NCBI RefSeq assembly: GCF_030144855.1
Contig: NC_082721.1
Span: 43,400,001-43,464,000 of the forward strand
Direction of reading: 5' to 3'
DNA length: 64,000 nucleotides
From: Hypanus sabinus
Taxonomy: Eukaryota
Shown: positions 36,847-49,975 of the stretch, one piece after another
Layout of the letters: each line of letters starts with the position of its first letter
Position numbering within the stretch: position 1 is the stretch's first letter
The notes under the pieces: model-generated
What the model was told of the DNA's origin: nothing
Seen by the model: only the letters and a program-made list of their open reading frames with translations
The model's database searches: none
Program-made: the position numbers and the translations under genes

Positions 36847-37924
36847 TGTCATGGTCCGATCCGTGAAATCTGTATTCTGGTTCATTGTCCGGTCCAAGTT
36901 TCTTATTCCAGGTTTTCCAGGTTTCCCCAGTTTCTGTTGAGCCAGCTGATTCTCGTTTGGGCTGGCCTCATAAATAGCTTCAGGATTCAGCCTCTGGCTG
37001 CTGGATTGCTCCTGTCCAAATCCTCTCCCTTCACCTTCCTCCTGTAGTCTTGCCTCTCCTCTGCCTCTGCTTGGAGCCTTGCCTCACCTTGCCTGTGTCT
37101 GGAGCTTCACCCTGTTTGGGAACTCCCTCTCTGTGTTCATGCCTTTGCTAGGTTGGTCTGGCTGTTTTGCCACTTCCTAGCATTGGGAACTGTCTTGTCA
37201 TGTTCAGCGTTCTCTGTGATGAGCCTGGCCCTACATCCTGTACCCAAGGAGGGGTCCTGACTCTGTGTTCCGTGTGTTGAGTCCAGGCCCTACATCCTGT
37301 ACCCAAGGAGGGGTCCTGACTCTGTGTTCTGTGTGTTGAGTCCAGGCCCTACATTCTGTACCCAAGGAGGGGTCCTGACTCTGTGTTCTGTGTGTTGAGT
37401 CCAGGCCCTACATTCTGTACCCAAGGAGGGGTCCTAGCTCTGTGTTCTGCATTCCTGTTCTCCCTTGACCAAGGCTCTGTGTTCTTGTCATGTCCACGTG
37501 CCTCACCCAGCCCAGGAGTACCTTGCCAGGCCTGGTACTGGGATTCTCTCATTCTGTGATGGGGTTTCCTTGTCCCGTCTTGGAGTCTCTCGTCCTACCC
37601 TGTGCCTCTCCTCATCCTATAGCCTCATCATGTCCTCGCCTAGCTCTGGAGTCTGAGCCTGACTCAAGACCCAGGCTCTGGGTCCTTGTCCAGTCTCTGG
37701 CTCGGAGTCCAAGCCCAGGCTCTGTGTTTCCAGTTCTATGTCCTGGTTCCGCTGTCCTTGTCAAGTCCTAGCCCAGAATCCTTGTCTTGTCTGGGGCCTG
37801 TGTCATGTCCAGCATCCTTTCTTCCTCACTTGCCTTGCTTCCTTCTCATGCCAAGTCCTGTTCCTGGTAGTTCAGTGTCCGTGTCTTGCATTTGGGTCCA
37901 CTCCCAATGTCCCCCCATATGACA
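36847..37924 (+). mobile_element. Solo LTR, 1078 bp (same family as 8959-9956)
   Basis: tgtcat...atgaca termini; perfect TSD atata at 36842-36846 and 37925-37929. Confidence 0.85.
37227..37450. repeat. 59-bp tandem repeat, about 3.8 near-identical copies, inside the solo LTR
   Basis: Unit ggccctacatcctgtacccaaggaggggtcctgactctgtgttccgtgtgttgagtcca starting at 37227, 37286, 37345 and 37404. Confidence 0.95.
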
Positions 37925-37959
37925 ATATAAGCTCATAACCCCATTGATGCCATTTGCAT

Positions 37960-38460
37960 TCCCGCATACATGCCCTCAAGCACCCTTTGATTCTTTTGTT
38001 TATTCATTGCACCAAGGGAAAACGTACAGTCCCATAACTGCACAGTAGAATGAACAGAGATCATCAGTGGGAAACTCAAGTAGTCACAGACTGAACATAC
38101 AAATGTCACATTGACAAGCTCTGGATCAAATCCAGTTCACTGAAAGCTGTGAAATATCAGCACCGATAGATAAGCCTCATATGCCAACTAAGAAATTTGA
38201 GCCTATACTCCTAATGAATGGCCCACTGCTTCTTTAGGATCTCCATGGGAATAAGGGTGAACCTGTGCAGCCCTGGGATTGCTGAGTTCTGCTTTACTCT
38301 GCACTGTTTTGCCAAAAGCATCTGCACACCAAACCAGTGGGCTGATCAATTGTGGGGTAACAATTCGACAGTTGGCAGGCTTGTGAGGGGGGGAGTGTTA
38401 TGCCAACAGATGTATTCCACCCCATTCTCTAGCAAAATGCTGAATAACAGATTTCACAAC
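37960..38460 (-). repeat. Older paralogue of 18210-18715
   Basis: Reverse complement aligns with both the unique part (cccacaattgatcagc...gcagagtaaagcaga...cagtgggcc) and the adjacent SINE remnant. Confidence 0.85.
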
Positions 38461-38955
38461 CGATCATAATCTTGAAAACAGTGAAGGTGCCGAAATCCAG
38501 CAGGGTTACAGTGATCTGAGCCGAGCTGGCATCATCATGGATGAGAAGGGATCAAGGTGGAAGAGTTTGAGAACTGTTGTCAAGCAAATAACTTCTTTAC
38601 AGAAAAGCATGGCATCTATGTAAAATGAAGAGCCAGAGGAACTGGCTAAAATATGCACAGTAACAACTTTTAAAAGAGAATTGGACAGAATATTCAGAAT
38701 GTTATTGGCCAAATACTTACAAATGGGACCCAATGGAGATGTAGATAAAGATCTTGTTTGGCATGGACCAGTTGGTGCAAGGAGGCTGGTACTCTGTAGT
38801 GTAACTCTATGAACTTTATGCATTCAGGATATGTCATCTCCTATATTTTGATATCTTCCAATTACCTGGAGGCAATTGCAATTTATTAGCATCTGTCTGA
38901 CCATATACGCAACATGAGGACAAAAGCAGATGAGAGGTTAGAATCCTATAGCGAG

Positions 38956-40010
38956 TAACTCACCTCCTAACTCACCAAGTCCTATCCACAACCTACAAAG
39001 CTCAGGGCAGTTGTGCGATGGAATGCTCTCCAGTCATCTGGATGAGAACAGCTTCAACAACACTCAAGAAGCTCAAGACCATAAGTACTCATATGTGCAT
39101 CGCTAAGCCTATCTTTTTGTTCACTGTGTGGAACAGTCTTCATTCCAAACCTACTCTGGCATTGTTGCCAACTTCTTCCATTCCATTGACAAATGCATCA
39201 GTAATACATTCTTATTTCATGCAGAACTTGCCAATTTCATCATTGTTGCCATATGCTTCTACACTCCCCTTAAACGATGATCATATCTGTAATCACCTTT
39301 CTGGTGAAAGAAAGCAGTTCATGAGCTCAGACACTGATGTATATTTTGATGAGTCACACATTTTACCCTCTGAAAACCACTGCAAAATCATTCTATGGCA
39401 AACAACTAATTCTAGCTGCTCCAGTCTCCTTTTTTGCTTTTCAATTGGAAACAACTATTTCCAATGGTTCCATGTGCACTGAATTCTCTTGATATTTTGT
39501 TTGTGTCTGTTTATTTGGAATCTTGGCAATGATGTGTTGCTGCTCAGCTTGTGATGTCAAATTAACTGCAGTTGTAATAATTGAAACACTAGGGTCACTT
39601 GAATAATTACACATTTCTGAACCTTGTTAGGCAGCGATAGGCCTGTAAAAGCTTCCTTTTTTAAAAAAAGATAAACCTCACAACAACAATGAGAAGGAAC
39701 CCTAGTCACCATCATCCCACCAAACATTCTCTGTATTAATGTTTTCTTTGGATCTTGATCTTCACTACGAAGTTCACTGCCTGAATGTGTCACTGCATGA
39801 GAATTCCTTTACTAGTCTTCTCTTTTTCATGTAGAGTTACAATAGATATCTGAAATACTCTGAGCAGTCATGGTGTGCCCTTTGATTAAATAATGGAGAG
39901 ATGAAGCTTTCAAGAAGTTCCTGGGAGAGGTTGTAGGTCTCTGCCTATGTTCCAGGAAAGCAAATAACCATGGAGATTTCCTAATTAATGACTGTGAATC
40001 ACTCTCCATG
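38956..40010 (-). repeat. Older third paralogue of 12652-13726 and of 58631-62075 (minus L1 C)
   Basis: Colinear, roughly 70% identical; shares the junction between unique sequence and a LINE remnant (gagcttcttgagtgtgttgaagctgttctcatcca). Confidence 0.88.
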
Positions 40011-40439
40011 AATATCTGCGGAAGAAAAAAAAAGAGAAAATTAAAAGCTAAATTAAATTTTGTTGTCCAGCTTGACTAGCTCAGTATTTTTCAAAATTTG
40101 GATGATGAAGGTAACAGGATGACACAGAGATGCCTCCTTGCTTGTGCTTGCTATCAAAAGCTGGAAATAGATCATGCCAGTGGTGAGGTGTTGTTAGCCT
40201 TTGTCCAAAACTGTCGGGCTAATAGAGGAGCTGACTCTAGACATACACTATCAATTTTATGTATCGCGCGGGAACATTTGTAAACTGGCTGACACATAAC
40301 AATAGCTTCCTGAAGTCACTGACAAATTATCTTAAGCTGTTGGCTGTTGCTGAAAATTTACTGAATAATTTTATGATGTAAACTGACATTGGTGAAGTAT
40401 TGATCTCGTATTGAAGAGTTAACCATACCCCGAAGTCTA

Positions 40440-41086
40440 TATCTTTATTTCTGTTTGATAACAGGGTAAATTTTCTTACAGTAAAATAGGGTAAGACAGG
40501 ACAAGACAGGCAACTTGGGCTTTCCTAATGTTTAGATCATATCCCTGGAGTTTGTATCCTCTGCAAAAATCATTCAACGTGCACTGTCGATCATCTTCAG
40601 AGAGAGCTATGCTAGTGTTGTCTTCATATTGGATCTCAGTAATTGAAATAGTTGGCACCTTGCTTCTTGTCTTGAACCTGTTAAAGTTAAAGAACCATCC
40701 ATCCATCCTGTAGAGAATCTGAAGTCCTTGTAAGAGGTTTTAGCCTGTGAGGTGAAGAGTGGTTGCAATGAGTTGGGGCATTAATTCAGCCCTGTTTGAC
40801 CCCAGCCTCATCTTGAAAAGTGATGTTGTTGCTGATGACTGTCACTCACGTATCACTGTGAAAGAGCTGCAGGTTCTTGATGGATTTCTCCCGACACCCG
40901 ATGTTGGATAGTACTTGCGAAAGGACCGGACAATTTACAGAGTCAAATGATTTTGTAATGTCTATGAAAGCCATATAAAGTGGGAGAGTTTGTTCTTGAG
41001 CTTTATCCTACAATTGACATGCTGTAAAGATCATGTCATGGTTTTCCCTTGGCTGGATGGAAGCCACACTGAAACTCAGACAGGAG
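40440..41086 (-). mobile_element. RTE-clade LINE RT remnant, 3' piece
   Basis: DGWFFNFNRFKTRSKV..ITEIQYEDN...LNIRKAQV; QCGFHP..DMIF. Confidence 0.78.
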
Positions 41087-42708
41087 GTAGTAAACTCAGG
41101 CACCAAACATCTTGGCCTCTGTTCCAGATGAACTCAATCGCTTTTACGCTTGGTTCAACGTAACTAACTCTGAGCCCCCGAGGAAAGCCACTGCTATAAC
41201 CTGCAGCTTGGTCATCTCTGAGGCGGAGGTACACAGATGTTTCCAATTGGTAGACAGTCACCAGGCGAGTACTCAAGATGTGCATAGCATGACTAGAAGG
41301 TGTTTACAGACACTTTTAATCTCTGCCTCTCCCAATGTAGTCTGCCCTCCTGCTTCAAATTATCCACCATTGTCCCTGTACCAAAAAGACCAAGGTAACA
41401 TGCCTGAATGTCTGGCGTCCTGTAGCACTCACCTCATTAATACACAAATGCTTTGAGAAGCTCAAGAACTACATCTGCAGCATGCTACCACCCAAACTCG
41501 ACCCCCTACAATTCACCTACTGACACAACCAATCAACAGATGAAACAATAGCCACTGCTTTACATATCACCCTTACACTTCTGGAGAAGAAGGATGCTTA
41601 TGTGCGAATGCTCTTCTTGGATTACAGTTCTGCATTCAGCACCATAATTCCATCCAGGCTCAACAGGAAGCTCAGAGCCCTTGGCCTTGACCCTGCCTTG
41701 TGCGGTTGGATCCTGGACTTCCTGTCAGGTAGCTGACAGTGGTAAGAGTGGGCTCCCTCACCTCCATTCCTCTGACTCTCAACACAGGAGACCCTCAGGG
41801 CTGTGTACTGTCCCCTCCTTGTATAACTATCACTGTGTTGCCACCCAGAGCTCTGATCTGCCAATTAGCTTTGCTGACTACACTACATTGATTGGCCAAA
41901 TCTCAACAATAACAAGATGGTGAACAGGGCATAAATCACCTCTCTGACACAGTGGTGTCAACAAAACAACCTCTCCTTCAATGTTGCAGTAACAAAGGAG
42001 CTAGTTGTGGATTACAGGAGGAATGAGACGGGCTAATCCATATCGACATTAATAGGTCTGGGATTGAGAGAGTAAACAGCTTTAAGTTCCACAGCATCCA
42101 CATCACCAAGGACCTCATGTGAACTGTACACACCAGCTTTGTGCTGAAAGAGGCACAAGAGCGTGTCTTTCATCTCAGACTGTTGAGAAGGTTTGGTATG
42201 GACCCCCAGAACCTAAGAATTTTCCACACGGGCACAATGAGAGCATCCTGACTGGCTGCATCACTGCCTGGTATGAGAGCTATATTTCCGTTAATCGCCG
42301 GATTCTGCAGAGAGTAGTATGGACAACAAATCTCTATTTGTGATCTTCCCATGCCTCAGGATATTTACAAAGACAGGTGTGGAAAAAGTGTGAGAAAGTT
42401 CATTGGGGACCCGAGTCACCCAAATCATAATCTATTCCAGCTGCTACCATCCAGGAACTATTAACACAGCATAAAGACCAGGACCAACAGGCTCTGGGAC
42501 AGATTCTTCCACCAGGCTATCCGACTGTTAAACTCACACTGATTTGAAAGTAATTCTATGTTACATTGTCTGTTCTATTTATTATAAATTCTTATAAATT
42601 ACTATGATTGCACATTGCTTATTTAGATGTAGACACAACATAAACAGTTTTACTCCTCTTGTATGTGAAGGATATAAGAAATAAAGTCTATTCAATTCAA
42701 TTCAATTC
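41087..42708 (+). mobile_element. Old Rex1/Babar LINE inserted into the RTE
   Basis: VPDELNRFYAWFN; [13 protein letters not shown] (frameshifted RT); GHNESILTGCITAWY; (ttcaa)n tail. Confidence 0.85.
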
Positions 42709-43500
42709 AGTTCTTCTGCCAGAGGTGAAAGCCGGTGACACAAAATTCAATGAGTACCTTTCCTGTTGTAGGGAGGTGGTAGATGTCTTTGTAGTTTCTG
42801 CAATCTTCTTTGTCAGACTTTTTGAAGACTGTGACAGTCAGGTGTCCCTGAGGTCAGCTGGAATCTTCTCCTGGTCTCAGATCTTGACAAGCAGGTCATG
42901 AGAATGATTTTGAAGTTCTGAGCCACCTTCCTTGAGGATTTCTGCTGGAATTCCTTCAGGCCCAGTAGCCTTGTTGTTCCTCAGTTCCTTGCATGCCATC
43001 TGCACCTCTTTGATACTAAAGGGCTAATTCATGTTTTCTTTCATGGGTTGTTGTGGGATCTGGTTGATGACTTCAAAGTCAACAGTGGTGTTATGATTAA
43101 GTAACTCCTGAAAGTCGTCCTTCCATTGAGAATTGATGACATCATTGCCCTTTAGTAACTTCTTGTCCATCTTTGAAGTAAATTTGGTTGAGACCATGGT
43201 GGCTTGGGATGTACACTGCCTTTCTGGCAATAAAGTATCCAAGGGGGTGGTCCAGAAGCCCAGGATTTAGAGCTTATTGTTTAGAATCTGTATGCCTTCA
43301 AACTGGGGGAGGAAATTGGAGCACCCTGAAGGAAAGGAAGTATTCAGTGCCATCTAACAGCTGCACACTCACTGCAGAAGGTGTGTGGATGTTTCAGTCT
43401 TTTGCTCACTACTCCTGAGGGAAGGTCCATGCGTTCAAATGGTCTCTCCTCTCTCCTCGAGGCTGTTGGAGAATGGTATTGCAGTTCTGTGTTGGTGATT
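42709..43500 (-). mobile_element. RTE-clade LINE remnant, 5' piece
   Basis: LSPLAEEL rejoins L.EFQCGF across the Rex1 insert; GNDVINSQWKDDFQELLN. Confidence 0.72.
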
Positions 43501-43594
43501 TATTGATTGGTCTGCAATTCAATTCAACTCTTTCAATTTTATGTTTATATGCTGTGCTTTTGTCCATTCTTCCTTATTGCATTTGCCCTATTTA

Positions 43595-44425
43595 GAACAT
43601 GAAAAATCTACAGCACATTGCAAGCCCTTTGTCCCACATTGTTGTGCTGACCAGGTAACCTACTCTAGAAGCTGACTAGAATTTCCCTACCACACAGCCC
43701 TTTATTTTTCTAAGCTTTTTGTACCCATTTAAAAGTCTCTGAAAGCAACCTATTGTATCTGCCTCTACCGACTTAACTGGCAGTGCATTCCACACACCCA
43801 CCATTCTCAGTATGAAAAACTTACCTCTGGCATACCCTTTTACCTGCTTCCAAGTACCTTAAAACTATGAGCCCTCATGTTACCTATGTTTACCCTGGGA
43901 AAACCTCTGGCTATCCTTACGATAAATGTCTCTCATCATCTTCCACACCACACCTCTATCAGTTTACCTATTATCCTCAATTGCTCCAGGGAGAAAATGC
44001 GAAGATCAATCAACCTATTCTCATAAGGCATGCTCTCCAATCCAGGCAACATCCTTGTCAATCTCCACTGTACTCTCTCTTTTGCATTCATGTCTTTCCT
44101 GTAGCGAGGTGACCAGAACCGAACAGAGTACTTCAGTGGGGTCTATCTAAGATCTTATATAGAAGTAAAATTGCCTTATGGCTCTTAAACTCAATCCCAC
44201 AGTAGATGAACCCCAAAACACCATACACTTTTTTAACAACACTGCCAACCTACGCAGCAACTTTGAGAGTCCTGTGGACATGGACCCCAAGATCTTGCTG
44301 ATCCTTGGCATTGCCAGAAGGTTTACCATTGATATGATATTCTCTCTTCAAATTCGGCCTACCAAAATAAACTTTTTCACACTTACCTCTGTTGAAATCC
44401 ATCTGCCATTTCTCAGCCCGATTCT
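43595..44425 (-). mobile_element. CR1 LINE 3' fragment
   Basis: ILGSMSTGLSK...KKCMVFWG; LEYSVRFWSPRYRKD region; CR1 tail. Confidence 0.75.
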
Positions 44426-44624
44426 GATTTAATTATTTATTTTGCGCATCGGATGGAGTGGGTGGGCTGGATTGGTGTTTTTGGTGTCATTTGCAGGTAC
44501 TGGTTTTCCAGCGTATCTTGTTTGAGGCTGTAGTGCTGATAGTAAGGACAATTGGTAATGGAGGAATCTAGGATGTGATTAATTATGACAAAGTTGGATG
44601 CTTATCGGATTAACCTAGATTTCC

Positions 44625-44955
44625 CTGAAACATTAGAACATCGCACTGAAACAGATCATTCATCACAAAGATCTGCACTAAATGTGATGCCAAATAATAC
44701 TGAAATTCTTCTGCTTAAAGATGATCCATATCCCGCCACTCTTTGCAAATTCATGTCTATCTAACAGACTTTTAAATATGGCTCATATCTGCTTCCTCCA
44801 CTGCATCTGGCAGCTCATTCCAGTCACCTACCACTCTCTGTATAAAAATACTCTTGTCCCATATATCTCCTTTAAACTTTATCCCTCTGACCTTCAATGT
44901 CCTCTAATATTTGACATTTCTGCCCTGGAAGAGAGACTGATTCTTAAGCCTATCT
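44625..44955 (-). mobile_element. CR1 3' end remnant crossing the inner boundary of the right arm
   Basis: Reverse complement reads tttttatacagagagtggtaggtgactggaatgagctgcc...; its left-arm copy is cut at 30789. Confidence 0.7.
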
Positions 44956-44957
44956 AT

Positions 44958-46020
44958 TGCATGTTAATATATCAGTAATATTTGAGTGAATATATTGTGA
45001 ATATATGTTGTTGAATAAGCATTCATTATTTGTTTCAACAATTCATTACAGGTTATATGTAAAAATACATGAATTGCATGTGATGATGATACCACGTCAT
45101 ATATGTCGCCTTGCTTAAGTAAAAGTGAAGTACACAAGTTATTCCCAGATTCCTTATTTTCCTTGCAATCGGTTTAATGTTTTGGAAATTACAAAACATA
45201 ACAGCGGCAGCTAGGATGTTTTAAAAGAAACCGAGGCAACAATTTACCTGTTGAAATGCAGCAAGAAGTTTGAATTTTTTAACAAGTGCAGCAAAATGGT
45301 GGAGAATTTAAAAAGCACCACAGCACATTTTATTTCATTGCAGCAGCATGTTTTCTTTGCAAAAGGAAGAATCATTGAGTTGAAAAGAAAAGGAAGAAAA
45401 AAGGACTCATATCTTCTTAAACAGTGAGTACTGGGTGATAATAATCATAAAGAAGAGCAGACATAGCTGTCTACATTGGAAAGATTGACACGTTTGATTA
45501 CACAACAAAACTATGGATATATTGTACAAACAGACTGAGCAAATGGATGGGCCAATGAAGAACAAAAGCCAGTTTTGCAGAGTGCATTTGGTTTAAAGGC
45601 ATACGCTTTGCTGTGAAATTTACCTGCTCCAAATGAACCAAACAAAATAAAATTTGCTGATATTGTGAAAGTAATGCAGGAACAGAAACCATTGTTAATT
45701 GCAGAATAGTTTGGGTTTCAAAAGTGGAATCAAAAAGAAGGGGAGTCCATTTCAGTGCCTGTGGCTGAACTGATGCGATTGTCTGAGCATTGTCAGTTTG
45801 GTAATGGGCTTATTTATTCACTACAATATCTTTGGTTTATTGGAATGTTACGAGAAAGCACACAAAACAGCACCTAACTGAAACCCAACTTACATTTGAA
45901 AGAACAGTTGCAGTAGGTGTACCAATGGATCAGAAGGAAAAAGTGAAATTGAGTTGAAGTTAGAAATGAAAGTGAATGTGAAAACAATTACAGCATTGAA
46001 ACAGAAACTGCCTGACCAAA
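44958..46020 (+). mobile_element. Truncated Gypsy (Mag-like) 5'LTR, PBS and gag fragment
   Basis: LTR ends aacataaca at 45203; degenerate PBS gcggcagctaggat; gag IGKID.FD...KAYALL..LPAP...KFADIVKVMQ...LIAE.F.FQKWNQKEGESIS. Confidence 0.72.
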
Positions 46021-47899
46021 CATATTGACAAGGGCTCATGTTCACTCATCCTTAAGAATGGACTCCAATTCTTTGCCGACCAGTGGCAATAATTTCCTGT
46101 CTTTTGCATCCCTCTCTTTCTTAAAGAGTGAAGTGACATTTGCAATTAGCAACCCTCCAAATCCATTGTCAGTGACCTCTTTCAGAAACCTGGACAGCAC
46201 TCCATCTGGTCCAGGTAGCTTACCTATCAAGTCTAGGTTGCTGATCTGGATTCAGCATTTTGTGTTTCTGCTGAAAGGAACACATCTAGTATACTGCAAA
46301 CACTCCTTGTATTCCTTTTGCCATCTGCAAGCTGACTGATCACCCACTCTGTATACTCATCTGAGTCATTTTCTGTACATCGTAAAGTTCAGAGGTCCCA
46401 TCACTGTTACGTGTGGAGCACCATTGGCCATAGTTCTCCAATGTGGATATCACCCATCCACCACTAAATTATGTCTTCTACAACCAATCAATTTTAAGTT
46501 CACTATACAGAGTTATCTTGGATTCAAAGTGAACTACTCTTCTGGATCAGGCTACACTGAAGCACCGTGTCAAATGCATTGGCAAAATTTATCTAAACGG
46601 CATCTACTGCTCTGCCCTCATCAATGATCTTTGTCACCTCTCCAAAGACCTCAGTCAGATTTGTAAGGCATGATCTGTCCTGCACAAAGTTAGCCTGACT
46701 ATTAGTAAGAAACCTATGCTTTTCCAAATGTAACAAAATCCAATGCCGAAGATTCCTGTCCAGTAGTTTTGATAGCTGGAAGGAGGAACCCTGCTTCCTC
46801 TCTCCTTTCTCTCCTTTTACTGGATTCAGTACACTGCACTGTAGGTCTTCTGAAAAAGAGTGAGGTCTGTATACAAGGATATTTTGAAGGCTAAGAGGGA
46901 AATTGATGGAATCCTTATTTCCTAGGACAGCTTGCTGGATGCTATGGAGACGGTGTTGGTGTTCAAGAGTCAGGGGCTGCCTATTTAGAACAGATGTGGA
47001 ACCAAGTTTGTTTCTCTATCAGAGAGCCATAAACCTTTAGAACTCTTTTTCTCCAAGTGGCTATGGAAGCAGAATCAATTTATATTTTTAAGTCAGGAAA
47101 AGGGTGAAAGATTACCTGGAACATGGATTAATGGAACATTAAGATCAGCCATAATGTCATTGAATGGCAGAGCAGGTTCAAAGGGTTGAGCGAACTACTT
47201 TTCCTATATTGATGTTCATGCAGAAATCTTCCTCCTTGCCTTCATAACATATCACTGACCAGAAGATCTCATGTGATTAAGCAATACTGGAACTCACTTG
47301 AAAATAGCTCCACAGACTGATCCCATGGACCATACTGACCCAATCCATTCAGTTGGTGGCCAAGTTACAGCCCAGATCTGATCAGCAGGAATTCATGGAA
47401 AGTTCCTTTCTGTTACAAAGATGAGACTTGAAATTCTCCAACTATAGAGGAGTTGTGAGCGGCTGGCCAGGGGTTTAAATTCCACAACACTGACACTAAG
47501 TTAAGCAACATCTCATCCTGCAGGAAGGGTTTTCATTTCTGAGTGCTCCCTCATTCACTGTATTGGTTCATAACTGCAGGTTTCAATTTCCCACTGCACT
47601 GGTACTGGAGCCTGATGTTCCTGAGAAAGAAAACACATTCACCAAATAACCATGATTTAATGACCGAGACACACCGGTACAATCAGAGAGATCTCACACA
47701 ATCCTCTTTTCAGTCAGTGATATCTCACTGCACCCAACAGGACAAAATAATTAACACTTGTTGCAATTTGACACTGAAAAATATCAGTAATTAAATATTA
47801 CAACAGAAACTCTGCAATTGATATTTAACAAAATAAATAATGATGCCATTAAGCCAATTGTGTCCATATAAGCTCCCAAAAGAGTAACTCCATTGATGC

Positions 47900-48707
47900 T
47901 GTTATGAATGTACCACAGCTCTGAGGGGCCGAAGGGGCGGGAGCAGCCCCCTCCTTCCGGAGAATCGCAAGAGCACTATTAATTCGGGTCTCGGACCCAG
48001 GCAAATGAGAGACAATGTAACGGTTTTGGCCAGGGCTCTTTGAGACACCTGTGCTAAGGGCATGACCCTGCTACGTGACAGCTACCACGGATATGGACAC
48101 CCTCGGGCAATGTGGGGGTGGGGATTGCATCACCCTACTTTGATGGACATCTACAACTCTGCAAGTCAAGATAAAAGGGGACTGCAGAAGGTGGTACCCC
48201 AGAGAGATGCACCAGAAGGACTCGATCGCTCAACACTCCCATGGTAGCTGGAAGCCAGTCAAAAGCCACGTGCACTCCGTAACTTCTCTGCCTGGGGAGC
48301 AGGTGGCTGATAATACCAAGAAGGACTTCGAACTAATAACAGGGAAACAATGGTCCCCTGATTCAAAGGAGTTGCTTCGTCAAAGACCCTGGCAAGTTTT
48401 GTCGCTTCTCCTCACTCTCTCTGAAACACAATTCCCCAAAAAAGACTGAAGCCTGCAGACTTCTGAGTGACTTTTATATTTCCAATGGACAATATATTAT
48501 CCCCTAGACAACAGTCGAGATTATTTCTTAATGATGATTACTGCTATACCCGCGCTTTAGATTGTTTTGCTGATGTATATGTTCTGAATGTTTGTATTAA
48601 CCTTTTGTGCTCCCCTTTTGAATAAAACGTTTGAAAATAGTGCCATCAGACTCCAACGGCCCTCTCTATCTTTGCTGGTGAGTTATCCAGTTACAGGATA
48701 CGTAACA
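47900..48707 (+). repeat. 5' LTR
   Basis: Direct repeat of 51499-52312, roughly 95% identical. Confidence 0.95.
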
Positions 48708-48710
48708 ACT

Positions 48711-48730
48711 TGGGGTTTCTTGTCCAGGAT
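48711..48730 (+). promoter_or_regulatory. Primer-binding site, tRNA-Pro-like, degenerate
   Basis: tggggtttcttgtccaggat compared with TGGGGGCTCGTCCGGGAT; 3 nt after the LTR. Confidence 0.65.
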
Positions 48731-48820
48731 TTGACACCAAATTGGGAGGCCAGTGAATCGGGCTTGTAGTCCAAAACTTGAATCTGGTTACGCGAGTAGC
48801 CAGACGGGAAACAAGCAAAG

Positions 48821-49813
48821 ATGGACGTGGGTGAATTTATGAAAAACCCGACTGGGGGGGCGCTAGAAGCGGCCAACAAATCAGAATTGTTAAATTTGGC
48901 AAAGGGGTTGAACCTCGCAGAAGTGAGGTCGTCCATGAAAAAGTGGGAGGTGCAAAGGGCCATAACCCAGTATTACATTGGGAAGAAGGTGTTTGAAGCT
49001 GAGGTATTGGGAGATATCCCTGAAAAAGTACCATCAAGTGGGACGGTTCAGTTAGAGGTGGAGAAATTAAGGCTGGAACATGAAATTAAGTTGAAATTAA
49101 CATGAAGCGGCAGAGAGAGAGAAAGAAAGGGTTGAGAGAGAGAGAGAAAGGGAGAGGCAAAGAGAGTATGAAATTCATCTAAAGCAGCTAGAAGCAGTCG
49201 AGAAAGAGAAGGAACGGGCTGAGAAAGAGAAACAGAGGCAACATGACCGGGAAATTGAGAAGATGAGGAACGAGTGAATAGATCAAAGGTTAGACCTAGC
49301 GGAGCGGTTTAATGTTAGTAGGGAGTTGAGATTGGTACCCCCCCGTTCGGGGAGACCAATGTCGATAGTTATTTCTTGTTTTTTGAAAAGGTGGCAGTAA
49401 ATCAGAAGTGGCCAAAAGAGCAGTGGGTGGCGTTGTTACAAAGTGTGTTAAAGGGGAAGGCCCAACGAGCATATGGGGTGTTGTCCCTGGAGGAGGGGGA
49501 AGCAAAGAATTATGCTGAAGTAAAGGAGGCCATTCTCTGGGCTTACGAATTGGTACCCTTGCATAGGGTCCTTCTAGATTGTGGGTTGGTGTTGGGACCA
49601 GTGGAGCCGGGGGTCCTGCCGGAGTTGCCGGGGGAAGGCGTGGATGTCCTTCTGGGGAACGACCTAGTGGGAGGGAAAATGGGAACAGCCGTGAAGCTAA
49701 CAACCCAGCCTGCGAGGATTGAGGCCCCTCCCTCAGATCTGAAGATATACCCCGCCTGCGCGGTCACTCGCAGCATATCGAAAAGAGAGCAGTCTAAATC
49801 TGGCCGGGTTTGA
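48821..49813 (+). pseudogene. gag with SCAN-like capsid region fused by deletion to the protease C-terminus
   Basis: FFEKVAVNQKWPKEQWVALLQSVLKGKAQRAY...EVKEAILWAYELVP joined to LHRVLLDCGLV...GVDVLLGNDL. Confidence 0.82.
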
Positions 49814-49975
49814 TTTGGCCAACACGTTTTTACCGACTCTGTACCAGCGAGGGTTCGAGGAAGGTAAACCGGAGAGTAAGGGGGGGGGGGAGAGAGTAAA
49901 CAGGAGGAGGTAGACCTGCCACTAGCCAGGCGAGAGTTTGTACGGGAACAGGAAAGTGACGAGGAGCTGATAGCC

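Noticed and set aside
37227-37450. CRISPR-like array
   Set aside because: Units are contiguous 59-bp tandem copies with no unique spacers, inside a eukaryotic LTR, and there are no cas genes
39018-39482. 154-aa plus-strand ORF as a real gene
   Set aside because: It starts in an antisense LINE remnant and its frame is not preserved in the two paralogous copies
49290-49560. Host SCAN zinc-finger gene
   Set aside because: The SCAN-like region lies between paired LTRs with PBS, integrase and TSD, so it is retrotransposon gag
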